Assembly: GCA_964416885.1 (NCBI GenBank)
Contig: CAYQGF010000001.1
Coordinates: 1-59,341 of the forward strand
DNA length: 59,341 nt
Direction of reading: 5' to 3'
Origin: an uncultured Iamiaceae bacterium
GTDB lineage: Bacteria > Actinomycetota > Acidimicrobiia > Acidimicrobiales > Iamiaceae
Part shown: positions 39,379-49,966 of the stretch, one piece after another
How positions within the stretch are numbered: position 1 is the stretch's first letter
Layout of the letters: each line of letters begins with the position of its first letter
Translations under genes and position numbers: made by a program
Notes under the pieces: model-generated
Seen by the model: the letters and a program-made list of their open reading frames with translations, nothing else
Told to the model about the DNA's origin: nothing
Databases searched by the model: none

Positions 39379-40968
39379 TCAGCCGAGCCGGCGGAACAGC
39401 GGTGGCCCGACCTCGAGCACCTGGCCCCCGGTGTAGCCGCCCCACGCCAGGTCGCGCCCCGGGTCGACGGGCGCCGACACGCGGGGCAGGCCGATCCGGC
39501 CCAGGAGCTCCGGTGCGGCCCGGGTGAGCACGGGGCTGGCCAGGACGGCGACGATCCGCAGCACCTCCAGGGCGTCACCGAGGACACCCGCCACCGCGGG
39601 ACCGGGCTCGGCCTTCCAGGGCTCCTCGGCCTCGAGGAGGGCGTTGCACTCGTGGACCAGGTGCCAGGTGGCATCGAGGGCGTCCGAGGGCGCCACCTGC
39701 TCCCAGCTCCGGACGGCGTCGGCCACGACCTCGGCCGCGACCGGAGCCAGGGGGCTGTCGGGGCGGCACGCCGGCGCGACGCCGGCGCACTTGGTCACGA
39801 CGAGCTTGACGACGCGCGACAGGAGGTTGCCGAGGCCGTTGGCGAGGAAGGTGTTGTACGTGCTCACCATGCTCTCGGGCGAGAGGTCGCCGTCGGGTCC
39901 GAACCGCTGTCGGAGCAGGTGGTGGCGCAGCCCGTCGGAGCCGAGCGCCGGGAGCCCGTGCTCGGGTGCGCCGTCGATCAGCTCGGCCGGCGCGATCTTG
40001 TTGGCGCCGGACTTCGACATCTTCGCCCCGCCGAGGAGCAGGAAGCCGTGGACGTCGACCTGGGCCGGTGGCGCCAGCCCGGCCGCCATGAGCATCGCCG
40101 GCCAGTACACGCAGTGGAACCGCAGGATGTCCTTGCCGATCACGTGGTGGACGTGCGGCCACCAGGTCGCGAAGCGGTCCGGGTCGCGGCCGTAGCCGAC
40201 CCCGGTGGCGTAGTTCACGAGGGCGTCGAACCAGACGTAGAAGACCTGCTCGGCGTCCCACGGCACCTCGACGCCCCATCCCAGGCCCCGGCGGGTGATC
40301 GAGATGTCCTCGAGCCCACCCTGCACCAGGGCGAGCGCCTCGTTCCGCTTGCCCATGGGGCGAACGGGACCGGGCTCCGACGTGAGCCACTCTTCCAGCC
40401 GGTCAGCGAAGGCGGACAGACGGAAGAACCAGTTGTCCTCCGTGAACCGCTCCACCGGAGTGAGGTGGATGGGGCAGAGACCGGCGGCGGGAGCGCCGGC
40501 GACGAGGTCGTCCTCGGCGTAGTACGCCTCGCAGCTCACGCAGTACCAGCCCTCGTACCGGGCCTGGTAGACGTGGCCGTTGTCGTAGATCCGGCCCAGC
40601 AGCGCCTGCGTGGCCCGATGGTGGCGAGGCTGGGTCGTACGGAGGAAGTCGTCGTAGGAGATGTCGAGGCGGTCCCAGGCCTTCTCGAAGCGCTGCGACG
40701 CCCAGTCGGCCTGCACCTGTGGGGTCACGCCGCGCTCCTCGGCGGCGCGCGTGACCTTGAGGCCGTGCTCGTCGGTGCCGGTGAGGAAGTGGACATCGTC
40801 GCCCACCAGGCGGTGCCAGCGGGCCAGGGCGTCGGCGATGGCGGTGGTGTACGCGTGGCCGAGGTGGGGGACGTCGTTGACGTAGTAGATCGGGGTCGTC
40901 ACGTAGAAGCGTGACGACCCCGGCCCCTCGGAGCTGCCGTCCGTCGTCGTGGCGTTCACGTTCGACAT
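39379..40968 (-). CDS. metG: methionine--tRNA ligase
   Basis: YVTTPIYYVNDVPHLGH, TGTDEHG, YVWFDAL, GKDILRFH, KMSKS. Confidence 0.96.
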   Translation of the reverse strand: MSNVNATTTDGSSEGPGSSRFYVTTPIYYVNDVPHLGHAYTTAIADALARWHRLVGDDVHFLTGTDEHGLKVTRAAEERGVTPQVQADWASQRFEKAWDRLDISYDDFLRTTQPRHHRATQALLGRIYDNGHVYQARYEGWYCVSCEAYYAEDDLVAGAPAAGLCPIHLTPVERFTEDNWFFRLSAFADRLEEWLTSEPGPVRPMGKRNEALALVQGGLEDISITRRGLGWGVEVPWDAEQVFYVWFDALVNYATGVGYGRDPDRFATWWPHVHHVIGKDILRFHCVYWPAMLMAAGLAPPAQVDVHGFLLLGGAKMSKSGANKIAPAELIDGAPEHGLPALGSDGLRHHLLRQRFGPDGDLSPESMVSTYNTFLANGLGNLLSRVVKLVVTKCAGVAPACRPDSPLAPVAAEVVADAVRSWEQVAPSDALDATWHLVHECNALLEAEEPWKAEPGPAVAGVLGDALEVLRIVAVLASPVLTRAAPELLGRIGLPRVSAPVDPGRDLAWGGYTGGQVLEVGPPLFRRLG

Positions 40969-41694
40969 GGCTCTCCCGGATCGGTGGACCGACGGACCGG
41001 CGCCTCGGCGGTTCAGTGGACCGGCGGACCGGCGCCGCTCGGACGCCCGGACGCCCGGACGTTCGGCGGGCCGACGGTAGCAACGGCTCCGGCGGGCCTC
41101 ACCGCCGTTTCTCCGCCGCGAGCTCCGGACCGGCCGGCCGAGGCACCCGGTGGCCGGCACGAGGTCCCGCATCCGGCCCCCACCACCCAACGAACGATCC
41201 CCGGCGAGCGGCGGCGGCGCTCCAGCGCCGGGACCAGACCACCCGACCGGCCGCTCCTCGCCTTCGAGCACGAGGGAGGCCTGCCGAAGCGCGTGCTCGG
41301 GCTGGCCTCGCAGCGCCGCCGCGGGACGCTCGAGGACCACCGCGGCTCGTCCCGACCTCGACCGGGAACGGCCCGGCAACCCTGTGCGCCGTGTTCGACT
41401 GCGTTCCCGCTCGACCCATCGTCGGACCTCGCGAAACCCGCCGCAGCGCTCTCGTCGTCGATCTCGGTGCCATCCAATCGCGCATGAAGCCTCGCTGCTG
41501 TCGCCTGCCGGACGTCACGGAGGGTCACGCGCACAGGCCTCGGCGGCAGCGGCCCGTCAGGCGTTGGCCACGCCGCGCGACCCGGCCAGCGGGCCGATAT
41601 GACGAAGTGCTGACAGAAGCTGCGGGCCCGGCGAGGACGCCGTAGCGTCGGCGAGGTCCAGGTCCCACTCGCCAGGACGCGGAGCAGGCCCGAC

Positions 41695-42012
41695 ATGCGG
41701 GTTCTCGTGGTTGACGACGAGATGAGCCTGGCTACCGGGGTCACGCGCGCCTTGAGCGCCGAGGGCGACCGGGTGGACATCGCCGTGAACGGGAACGAGG
41801 GCTTCGAGCTGGCCAGCTCCGGCCAGTGCGACCTGATCATCCTCGATGTCATGCTCCCGGGTCGCAACGGCTACGAGATCTGTCGCAGCCTGCGCGCCGC
41901 GGGCCATCGCACCCCGATCATCATGCTCTCGGCCAAGAGCGGCGAATGGGACGTCAGCTCCATCACGACCCTCGGCACCGGCATCGGTGCCGTCGACGCG
42001 AGGAGGCGTTGA
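41695..42012 (+). pseudogene. truncated OmpR-type response regulator
   Basis: Receiver MRVLVVDDE..LDVMLPG..IMLSAK breaks off before the conserved GADDY..KP and winged HTH. Confidence 0.75.
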
Positions 42013-42449
42013 CCTGCGGGCCCGGGCAACGGCCGCGGCGCGTCCCACGGACCGACGTCGCGAGCCATCGCCGCGCCCTTGGTGCAGGTGGCGACGGCCA
42101 CGCGCGCGGGAGACGTCGCTGACGTGGGCCTCCCCGGCGGCGGTGCGCCTCGGGGCGGCCGAGCTCGATGCAGTCCTCGAGACGAGGATCTGTACGCGGA
42201 GGCCCGCGGCGAAGAGCCGACGGCCGCGATCGACGGTCGGCCCCGGCACCTGCCGATGACGTCGACCTCGCCGACGTGATCCGCGACCCCGTGGTCCCTG
42301 GGGCCGGGTCTGGTCCACGGCTCGGATCGCGCCGCCGGTGCGTCGAGGGCGACGGGCGCGAGCGCGACGACCCCGGATCGCGTCGGGCGCACAGGGCAAC
42401 GATCGCCGCCATCGATGTCGTCGGCATCACATGGCCCTGTTCGGGCGGT

Positions 42450-43211
42450 TCACAGATCGAGCGTGCCCACCAACGTCTGGAGACGGCGGGCGAACCGCCG
42501 GGGGTCGGCGAGGTGGAGCCAGTGGCCGTGGCCCTCCCACACCTCGCCGATCGCCATCGGCACCCCGGCCAGCACCTCGATGTCCTCGTCCCGAGGTCGG
42601 TCGGCCCACAGGACGAGGATCGGCACCGTGATCGATGCCAGTGCCGCCTCGAGGTCTTTCTGACGGGCCTCGACCTTCTCCGGCTCGCCGAGCAGGGCGC
42701 TCCAATAGGAGCGGATCACCTCGGCCCGGGGCGCCAGCCCGGCACGGATCTCAGGCGCCAACGGGTCACCGGCCAGGACGTGATCCTCTTCGAACCGCCA
42801 GAACGCCGCCAGCGTGTCGCCGGTCATCAGGTCATCACGATGGGGGGCGAGCACGTCCGCCAGCGTCGGGGCGTGCAAGCCGACCGGGTCCACGGCGACC
42901 ACCGCCCGAACGTGGTGCATGGCCGAGTACAGCAAGGCCACCACGGCCCCGAGGGAATGGCCCACGACCACCGGCCGCTCGAGACCGAGACCGACCACCA
43001 GGTCCTGCACCGCCCCGACCACCGACGCGACGTCGCACCCCTCGGGCGGCGACTCGCCGTGTCCAGGCAGGTCGACGGCGATGCACCGCAGGTTCTCAGG
43101 CAGGTGGTCGATGATCGGCCCCCACCGTCGGCGGTCGCTACCCAGCCCGTGGAGGAGCACCACAGGGGCCCCGGCGCCCCAGCCGTCGTACGCGAGCGAC
43201 ACCGGGCTCAC
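42450..43211 (-). CDS. alpha/beta fold hydrolase
   Basis: VVLLHG, VDLPGHGES, GHSLG, GHWLH. Confidence 0.9.
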   Translation of the reverse strand: MSPVSLAYDGWGAGAPVVLLHGLGSDRRRWGPIIDHLPENLRCIAVDLPGHGESPPEGCDVASVVGAVQDLVVGLGLERPVVVGHSLGAVVALLYSAMHHVRAVVAVDPVGLHAPTLADVLAPHRDDLMTGDTLAAFWRFEEDHVLAGDPLAPEIRAGLAPRAEVIRSYWSALLGEPEKVEARQKDLEAALASITVPILVLWADRPRDEDIEVLAGVPMAIGEVWEGHGHWLHLADPRRFARRLQTLVGTLDL

Positions 43212-43712
43212 GCGTCGACCGCGCCCCGGCCCGCGGCCCACGCTCGCCGCACGATGACCGCCCAGCCGAGCGCCCCATCGGGACAGGGACGCGGTGCGAA
43301 GGCGTCGATCGCCCCGCCGCCCACCGTCGGGCGCCGCGACGGGCGCCGCAACGACGCTCGCCCGCTCCCTGTGGACGGTTCGTCCGTCTCACCGACCGCC
43401 GCCACGCCCGCCAGGTCGAAGGCCCCGGGACGCCGCCGCGGTTCGCAATCAGGTTCCATGTCCTCACCGTGCGATACGAGGCCCACCGGAACCTCCCCCA
43501 TCTGGCGGATGCTCACAGGGCTCCCCGTCACCCATGGTGAGGCGTCCGGGTCACGACCTTCGACGAGACCGCCGGCCGTCACGTCCGCGGCCCGAGCCTC
43601 GCCGGGGCGCCGCGGTGTCCTTTGCGCCCGCCCCCGGGCCCCGCCGGTCAGGACGACCGAGCCACACCTCTGGTCCTGCTGTGTCCGCCGTCGGGATCGA
43701 CGTCCGACCGCA

Positions 43713-44396
43713 TCACGACGCCGAACGGTCGCGGCCCTCGTCAGGGCCCGAGGTCGCAGGGCGATCGCGGGGCCTCGGCGCCGCGATGACGATGCGGGCT
43801 CGCCCGGCGGCGACGAGTTTCTGAGTGGCGATGAGCAGCCCGGCGCGGTGGAGCGCCTGCTCGATCCCATCGTCGAGCACGTCGTGGGCGACCGCCGGCT
43901 CGATGACCCGAACGACCGCCCGCCACAGCCGGGCGGCCATCGGCCGCGCGGGCGTTGCCCACTCGAGGATGCCGATGCGTCCGCCGGGCGCCAGCAGCCC
44001 CGCGGCCGTGGCGAGCACTGCGGCACGCCGCTCGGGGTCGAGCTCGTGGAGCACGAAGCTGCAGACGAGCCGGTCGAAGGGCCCTTCGTCGATCCGGTCG
44101 AGCAGATCGCCCTCGATGAAGCGCGCCTCGGGTACCCGCCGTCGCGCCGCGGCGAGCATCGTCGGCGCACTGTCGATGGCCGTCAACGCCGCGCCCTCCG
44201 AGACCAGGTGCCGGGTGGCCAGGCCGGTTCCACAGCCCAGCTCCAGCACACCCATGCCCGGGGCGAGGTCGAGGCCGTTCACCAGTTCCCGCCGGAGGCG
44301 GTCGCTGCCGGTCGGGAACCACAGCACAGCGTTCAGCAGGTCGTAGGCGACCGCGACGAGGCGACGGCGATAGGCGGGGAGCTCATGCGATGGCAT
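43713..44396 (-). CDS. class I SAM-dependent methyltransferase
   Basis: VLELGCGTG, FVLHE, LAPGGRIGILEW. Confidence 0.9.
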   Translation of the reverse strand: MPSHELPAYRRRLVAVAYDLLNAVLWFPTGSDRLRRELVNGLDLAPGMGVLELGCGTGLATRHLVSEGAALTAIDSAPTMLAAARRRVPEARFIEGDLLDRIDEGPFDRLVCSFVLHELDPERRAAVLATAAGLLAPGGRIGILEWATPARPMAARLWRAVVRVIEPAVAHDVLDDGIEQALHRAGLLIATQKLVAAGRARIVIAAPRPRDRPATSGPDEGRDRSAS

Positions 44397-44421
44397 CGAC
44401 CTAGATTTGCGAGCAATCCTC

Positions 44422-45060
44422 ATGTCTCTCAACTCGCATTCGCACCACCCCGCCACGGTCCGCAGGAAGCCGACGCAGGCACGATCGGAACGCACTGTGG
44501 CCCGGATCCTCGACGCCGCGGCTCACGTCTTTGCCGAGCTCGGCTACACCGCGACCACGACGAACCACGTCGCCAAGGCGGCCGGCGTGTCGATCGGGTC
44601 GCTGTACCAGTACTTCCCGAACAAGGACGCTCTGCTCGTCGCCCTGGAGGAACGCCACCTCGACGACGCCATGGTCGTCCTACGCCAAGCGGCTGACCGC
44701 TGGCGCCGGGCGAAGCCCACGCCCCGGGCATGGGCAGATGACCTCGTCGACGTGCTCGTCGCAGTCAACGACAGCCCGCTTCACGTGCTCACCTACGACA
44801 CGGCCCCGCCGCTCCCTCACGTCCGACGGCTCACCGAATCGCTGATCGAAGAGCTCACCGGCGAGGTCGCCCACCACCTCCGACGATGGGGGCTCCGTCG
44901 CCAGAGCGACGTGCGAGCTCAGGTGGTCGTCGTCGCGACGCTGCGACTCGTCCACGACCTCGCCATTCGCACGCCTCCTGGCGGGCAACGCGACCACGTC
45001 CACCGAGAGATCACCCGGCTCGTCGCCCTCGTTGCGCAGCCCGCTAGCGCTGTGAAGTGA
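44422..45060 (+). CDS. TetR/AcrR regulator
   Basis: PTQARS, AGVSIGSLYQYFPNKDAL; divergent from the methyltransferase. Confidence 0.92.
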   Translation: MSLNSHSHHPATVRRKPTQARSERTVARILDAAAHVFAELGYTATTTNHVAKAAGVSIGSLYQYFPNKDALLVALEERHLDDAMVVLRQAADRWRRAKPTPRAWADDLVDVLVAVNDSPLHVLTYDTAPPLPHVRRLTESLIEELTGEVAHHLRRWGLRRQSDVRAQVVVVATLRLVHDLAIRTPPGGQRDHVHREITRLVALVAQPASAVK

Positions 45061-45349
45061 GTGGGCGCGAAACCCCAGGTCAGACCGATCTCGTGGCGCA
45101 AGGCGCCGATCCTCATCCCTCGTGAAGGCCGTAGGCCATGGATTCTCTGACCGGGAGCGTCCCCGGTGGCGGTCGAACGCTGGGGTGACCATCGGCCGCC
45201 CGCCCCGTCGAGGGTGCTGTTCGATGACGACGCGGCGGCGGCTGATGGCGGGCCGTTCATCGGCGGCGGGCACGACCGCCAGCATGCACGTGCTCGGGGC
45301 TCCCTCCCGCCGGGCAGGGCAGGGCGAAGGGCTCTCCTCGAACGCGGGG

Positions 45350-45961
45350 CTACCTCTTGCGAGCGACGACGAGGAGTTGCTCGGCGCGATCTTCGACGCC
45401 GATGGCGGTCATGCCTGCGGCCTCGATCTCGGCCAGGAAGTCGGCGTTGGTGAAGCGGTCCGGGGGGTGACGGAACAGCCGCTTGGAGAGCCAGTCGTGG
45501 TTGGCCACGTCGTGGTCCTGCGAGAAGAACCGTCCCCCGGGAGCGAGCACCCGCCCTATCTCCCGGAGACCCGCCCTCCAGTCGGGGACGTGATGGAGGA
45601 CGGCAAAGTTGAAGACGGCGTCGACGCTGCTGTCGGCGTGGCCGAGGGCAGTCACGTCACCCTCGTCGACCGAGACCCGGGACCCGTACGTGGCGAGCCG
45701 ACGGCGGGCTCGCCCGACCATCTTCGGGTCGATGTCGATGGCGACGACGCTTGCTGCCCCCATGTCGTCGAGGACACACGCGACGCACTCCCCTGGGCCA
45801 CATCCGATGTCGAGCACGGCCTGGTCGTCGACGCGGCCACCAAGAGCGACCAAGCGGGGGACGACTCTGGTCCGGAGGCGGCGTGTGCGCAGGTGGCTCG
45901 TGATGTAGAACGACTCCGCCCTGTTCATCAGGCCAGCGACGCGGGTGTCGTCGGTGCTCAC
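45350..45961 (-). CDS. class I SAM-dependent methyltransferase
   Basis: VLDIGCGPG, AVLHHVPDWR..LREI.RVLAPGG. Confidence 0.9.
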   Translation of the reverse strand: MSTDDTRVAGLMNRAESFYITSHLRTRRLRTRVVPRLVALGGRVDDQAVLDIGCGPGECVACVLDDMGAASVVAIDIDPKMVGRARRRLATYGSRVSVDEGDVTALGHADSSVDAVFNFAVLHHVPDWRAGLREIGRVLAPGGRFFSQDHDVANHDWLSKRLFRHPPDRFTNADFLAEIEAAGMTAIGVEDRAEQLLVVARKR

Positions 45962-46587
45962 GCTTCGGCGAGGGCCACGACGGCCCGGAACAGAAGGTTG
46001 ATCGCCTCGAAGAAGGCGCCCTCGGGCACCTCGTCAGGGTCGAGGAGCTGCTGCACAGGGATTCCGGCATCGAGCACGCTCAGGACCAAGGCCAAGACCT
46101 CAGGTGATGGCGGGGTCAGGCTCAACGCCGAGAACTGGGCCTCGATCGCCCGCTGGTAGCCAGCCCGGATGGCCCTCTCGGCCTCCGCGAGGCGGGCGCG
46201 GGCCGCCTCGTTCCGCAGGGCGTGGGCGCGGAACTCGGCGACCAGGCGCGTCCACCGTGCATCGTTGGGCTGGTCCGAGATCCAGGATCGAAGGTCGTCG
46301 ACCATCGTCAGGGGCGATGACGTCCCCATCAGCGCTTCGATCTCTGCCTCGCGGGCTGCGAGCCGCGCATCGACGAGCGCCAGGAACAGAGCGTCCTTGT
46401 CCGCGAAGTTGGAGTAGAGCGCACCCCGAGTGAACCCAGCCTGGGCCGCGATCTCCTCGACCGACGCTGCGGTGAACCCCCTCTCCAGGAAGACGCTGAG
46501 CGCGGCGTCCAGGAGGCGGCGGCGCGTCTCCTCACGTGCCTCCTGTCGACGACGCCGTGGAGGCGGCTGTCGAGGTCCGTCCGGCAT
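45958..46587 (-). CDS. TetR/AcrR regulator
   Basis: TRRRLLDAA, AGFTRGALYSNFADKDAL. Confidence 0.92.
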   Translation of the reverse strand: MPDGPRQPPPRRRRQEAREETRRRLLDAALSVFLERGFTAASVEEIAAQAGFTRGALYSNFADKDALFLALVDARLAAREAEIEALMGTSSPLTMVDDLRSWISDQPNDARWTRLVAEFRAHALRNEAARARLAEAERAIRAGYQRAIEAQFSALSLTPPSPEVLALVLSVLDAGIPVQQLLDPDEVPEGAFFEAINLLFRAVVALAEA

Positions 46588-46975
46588 GGATACGCAGTGT
46601 ATCTGAAAACGGGCTGGATCTAGGTTGCAGACGTCGCCATGGCGACCACCGCCGGATCCAGCCGTCCCTCGAGGCGAGAGGCAGTCGTCGGGAGACGACC
46701 TCCCGATGGATCGACCGGCACGACCAGGTGCCGGAGGCGGCCGAGCTGGAAGCACCCGCCCCGAACCAGGACGCCCATCGGGGCCAGCGCCGGCGCGCCC
46801 GGGGCCAGGCGTGGCGAGCTGGGGGCGACGCTCACGAGGAGCTCCGCCAGCCGCTCGGGCCGCATCGGGTCGAGGGCAGACATCTCCGCCCGGGGAACGT
46901 GCCGGTGGGTCCCCAATCGGGGGCACCGCTCCAACACGGGTTCCGTGGGTTCTGACCCACCACGACCCAGAGATG

Positions 46976-47011
46976 TGGTGTCGGAGGGGCGATGCGCACT
47001 CTGACCCCACG
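46976..47011 (+). mobile_element. distal att site (attL-like) of tRNA-Leu island
   Basis: TGGTGTCGGAGGGG is identical to 55468-55481; TGACCCCACG (47002-47011) is the inverted complement of CGTGGGGTCA (55454-55463). Confidence 0.8.
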
Positions 47012-47074
47012 CTCCCTCGGGACCGGAAGGTACCAAGCCAGAGCATCGTGACAGGAGGGCCGTCGGCTTAGTCT

Positions 47075-47698
47075 CTACTCGCCCTTCGGGCGCGCTACCC
47101 AAAGGGCGTTGGCAATGGCAAGGAGCAGGCAGGCCAAGTCGTAGAGGTCGTCTGCGAGGGCCTGATCGCCCCAGCCGGCGACCTGTGCCCGCACCGCCAG
47201 CACCAGTCCGGCGAGGGCAAACAACCCGTCCACGGTGCCTAAGGCCGACCAGTCAACACTTGGACGAGCTAGGCCACCCGACTCGGGATCGCTCTCGATC
47301 CGGTCTTCGATGCGACCCCAGTCAACGGCGGACAGCCGCCGAAGGACATCCGGACGGATCGTTGGGAGGAAGGGTTCGATGCGTGGAATGGCGCCGCGAA
47401 GCGACTCCTGGAACGGCGTCACAATCTTCGCGACACCGCTGTTGACTCCAGCGGCCTGGGCGGCTGCGTTGACAGCCGGCTGAATCGCGGCTCGCATCTG
47501 CTCCCGTTGCGTTTCAGTGATCTTGCGGATCGCATCACGAACTGGTGCCGTTGCGTCTTCATTCGCCTGCCGGACCTGCTCCAGCAGCGGTTCAAGCGCT
47601 CGGCGCTGTTGTTCGGCAATGGGCTCGAGCATTTCGCGCACCCGACGTGCCAGTTCCCCGCCGTCGTCCCACGTGCCACCCACTGCAGTCTTTGCCAT
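47075..47698 (-). CDS. hypothetical protein (helical, C-terminal hydrophobic segments)
   Basis: 207-aa ORF with SD GGAGGAG and upstream TTCGCA-17-TATGGT. Confidence 0.65.
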   Translation of the reverse strand: MAKTAVGGTWDDGGELARRVREMLEPIAEQQRRALEPLLEQVRQANEDATAPVRDAIRKITETQREQMRAAIQPAVNAAAQAAGVNSGVAKIVTPFQESLRGAIPRIEPFLPTIRPDVLRRLSAVDWGRIEDRIESDPESGGLARPSVDWSALGTVDGLFALAGLVLAVRAQVAGWGDQALADDLYDLACLLLAIANALWVARPKGE

Positions 47699-47747
47699 CC
47701 AGCTCCTCCATCGCCTCTCCCCACCATACCCACGAGGGTTCGCCTTG

Positions 47748-47761
47748 CGAACGCACGTTCT
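47748..47761. promoter_or_regulatory. LexA (SOS) box-like site
   Basis: CGAAC-GCAC-GTTCT overlapping the -35 of the 47698 gene. Confidence 0.55.
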
Positions 47762-47919
47762 TCACGAGGCGACTCCTTCGTCCTCCCTCTACGGGAACGC
47801 AGCGCTCGACGGACTCGCCTGCAGTCGGCACCGTCAACGAACGAGGCGAGTCTCTGCGCCCAAGGCAGGGGTCTGCTGCGTCGCGTCGTCGGTAGCGTCT
47901 CTGGGCTGGAGGAAGCACC

Positions 47920-49902
47920 GTGAGCGACGAAGCCGTGCCAGACGAGGAGGTCGAGCCGGACGACCCGGCGGCGAATCGGGATGACGCGTACGACGAACCA
48001 GCAGCGCCGACTCCCCCAGCGCCGTATGTGTACGACCCCTCTCACGCGGGGTTGGTCGGGCCATTGCTCGCCGCTGCGTCTCTGTCTGTCGAGGAGCTCT
48101 TCAATCTTGGCAACATCGCAGAGACCCCTGAGGTGAAGGCAGCACTGACCGAGGATGGGCTGCACCGCGAGGTCGCCGCCATCTGCCTATACCGCCTCGA
48201 GGACAGCCACCGGAACGGCACGGGTGCCGGAGCCGAGCTCGTCCCCCTGCAAGATCCGGACGCCGGCTGGTCCTTGATCACCCCGATCAAGGAGACCACC
48301 GACGATGTGAGGAGGCTCTGGGAGGACCTGTCCACGACGCCCGCCTCTCCCCTCCTCGACTCCCGCTACCACGACCTCTGTTTCTCAGCGAGACATGGCG
48401 ACATAGGCACCCACGGAAGGTCGGCTGTCGTCGCATACCTGCTGTGGCCGAGCACCTCTCTGGATCCGCTCTACGTGGCTGAAGGCATCGCCCGCGCGTG
48501 GACGATCGCCCGCTCGATGAACAACACGAACCTGGAGCATGAAGTCTACGTCGCAGCCGGCGCCTACGCCCGCGCCCAGCTCGATGAGGACGGCTACCCC
48601 GGCGTCGTGTTCCCTCTCCTGGAGCTCGTCGCCACGAAGCCCAGGAAGGGACCACCGCCAGTCGACGATGCGACTGTGGCCAGGCTCCTGGGCGACGCCT
48701 ACGCCAAGTTCCCCACCGCCGACCTCCAAGCCGAGGCCGCCCAGCTAATGCGCAAGGTCGCCACCGACGACGCCGCTCGCGACGCAGCGGACCGCGCCGA
48801 GGTTCGAGCTCACCTCGGTCAAGCCAACAGGAGCACCGGCGCCGCCAAGATGCTCCACCTGCGAAACGCTGCGCAGACAGCCCGGAACCTTGGCGTGAAG
48901 GACCTCGAGGATCAGGCCATCGGCGCAATGCAGGCGATGTCCCCCGACGAGCTCGGCCTCCAACACTCTCGGCACACCGTCGAGACTCCCGCCCACATCG
49001 TCCTGGGCGTGCTGCGCACCTTCGACGAGGCCAACAGCTGGCGTGGTGCGTTGCACCAGTTCCTCCACACGCCGTGCCCGTCCGGGTCTTACGAGCGCAA
49101 CGTCGAGCAGGCGAAGAAGGCCATGGTCGGTTCCCTTCGCCATCTCTTCTCGACGATGAGGTTCGGCGCCCACGGGATGCCGGAGCAATCCGTCGATTCC
49201 GACGACGAACAGCTCGACGACGAGGTCGCAGGGATCGAAAGGGTGAGCGCCGACATCTACGGGCGCTGGTACGCCCACGGACTCCACCGGATGCCCGCTG
49301 TGTACGGCACCCCTTCGCAAGACGAGATCGTCGCCTTCCTCATGGACACCTACAGCTGCCACGAAGGTCTCGCACACGGCTTCGCCACTGCACTCCGGCT
49401 GTTCTGGCAGGAGGAGTACAACGCGTCGTTGCACATCTCAGTTCCCCGAGTCGAGGAGGGCGCCCGCCAGCTTCTCCTGTTCTTGAACGCCCCGGTGTAC
49501 CGCATCGAGCAGGGCAAGAAGCCCGGCCAGTTCCCCGGGCTCGGCTTTCTCTTGCCCCGCATCATCGACGAGGGCTTCGACAAGGACTGGGAACGATTCA
49601 TTGGGACGCTGCTCCTCCCGCGGGGCCACAATCTTCGGAACCTCCTCGCCCACGGGTTCGTCGACGGCATCTCGCCCGGCGCCGCCGCCCTCGCCCTCCG
49701 TGCCGCCGGTCTGATGACAATCATCACCCCGGCCGCCGACTCGGCGGTCGAACCAGAAACGATCCGCCACAACCTGAGCGACCCGCTCGCCCTTCGCGTC
49801 ACCTACGAGCGATTGCACCCGATCTGGGCGCTCGTACGTCGGGGACGACGCACCCTGCGACGTCACTTCGACGATCAGAGAGGGTCTCGCTGGCTCCGCT
49901 AG
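47920..49902 (+). CDS. large helical protein with C-terminal HEPN-like (DUF4209-type) domain
   Basis: SLHISVPRVEEGARQLL...GHNLRNLLAHG (RxxxxH); SD GGAGG. Confidence 0.8.
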   Translation: MSDEAVPDEEVEPDDPAANRDDAYDEPAAPTPPAPYVYDPSHAGLVGPLLAAASLSVEELFNLGNIAETPEVKAALTEDGLHREVAAICLYRLEDSHRNGTGAGAELVPLQDPDAGWSLITPIKETTDDVRRLWEDLSTTPASPLLDSRYHDLCFSARHGDIGTHGRSAVVAYLLWPSTSLDPLYVAEGIARAWTIARSMNNTNLEHEVYVAAGAYARAQLDEDGYPGVVFPLLELVATKPRKGPPPVDDATVARLLGDAYAKFPTADLQAEAAQLMRKVATDDAARDAADRAEVRAHLGQANRSTGAAKMLHLRNAAQTARNLGVKDLEDQAIGAMQAMSPDELGLQHSRHTVETPAHIVLGVLRTFDEANSWRGALHQFLHTPCPSGSYERNVEQAKKAMVGSLRHLFSTMRFGAHGMPEQSVDSDDEQLDDEVAGIERVSADIYGRWYAHGLHRMPAVYGTPSQDEIVAFLMDTYSCHEGLAHGFATALRLFWQEEYNASLHISVPRVEEGARQLLLFLNAPVYRIEQGKKPGQFPGLGFLLPRIIDEGFDKDWERFIGTLLLPRGHNLRNLLAHGFVDGISPGAAALALRAAGLMTIITPAADSAVEPETIRHNLSDPLALRVTYERLHPIWALVRRGRRTLRRHFDDQRGSRWLR

Positions 49903-49966
49903 TGAACTTCGGCGCATCGGTCAGTCCCCGCCATCGACGACCCGCAACGTTCAGGGTTGGCGTGGA

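Noticed and set aside
35919..39436. Very long Arg/Gly/Pro-rich ORFs (e.g. 35960-39436, 25158-28106, 16782-19469)
   Set aside because: Shadow frames of real genes, expected in very high-GC DNA; no motifs.
40969..41420. T-box or SAM riboswitch upstream of metG
   Set aside because: GGGTGGT fragments occur, but no full T-box, specifier stem or SAM-I/IV core could be identified by eye.
46620..46960. Possible gene between TetR and the att site
   Set aside because: No frame shows a recognisable motif or convincing start signals.
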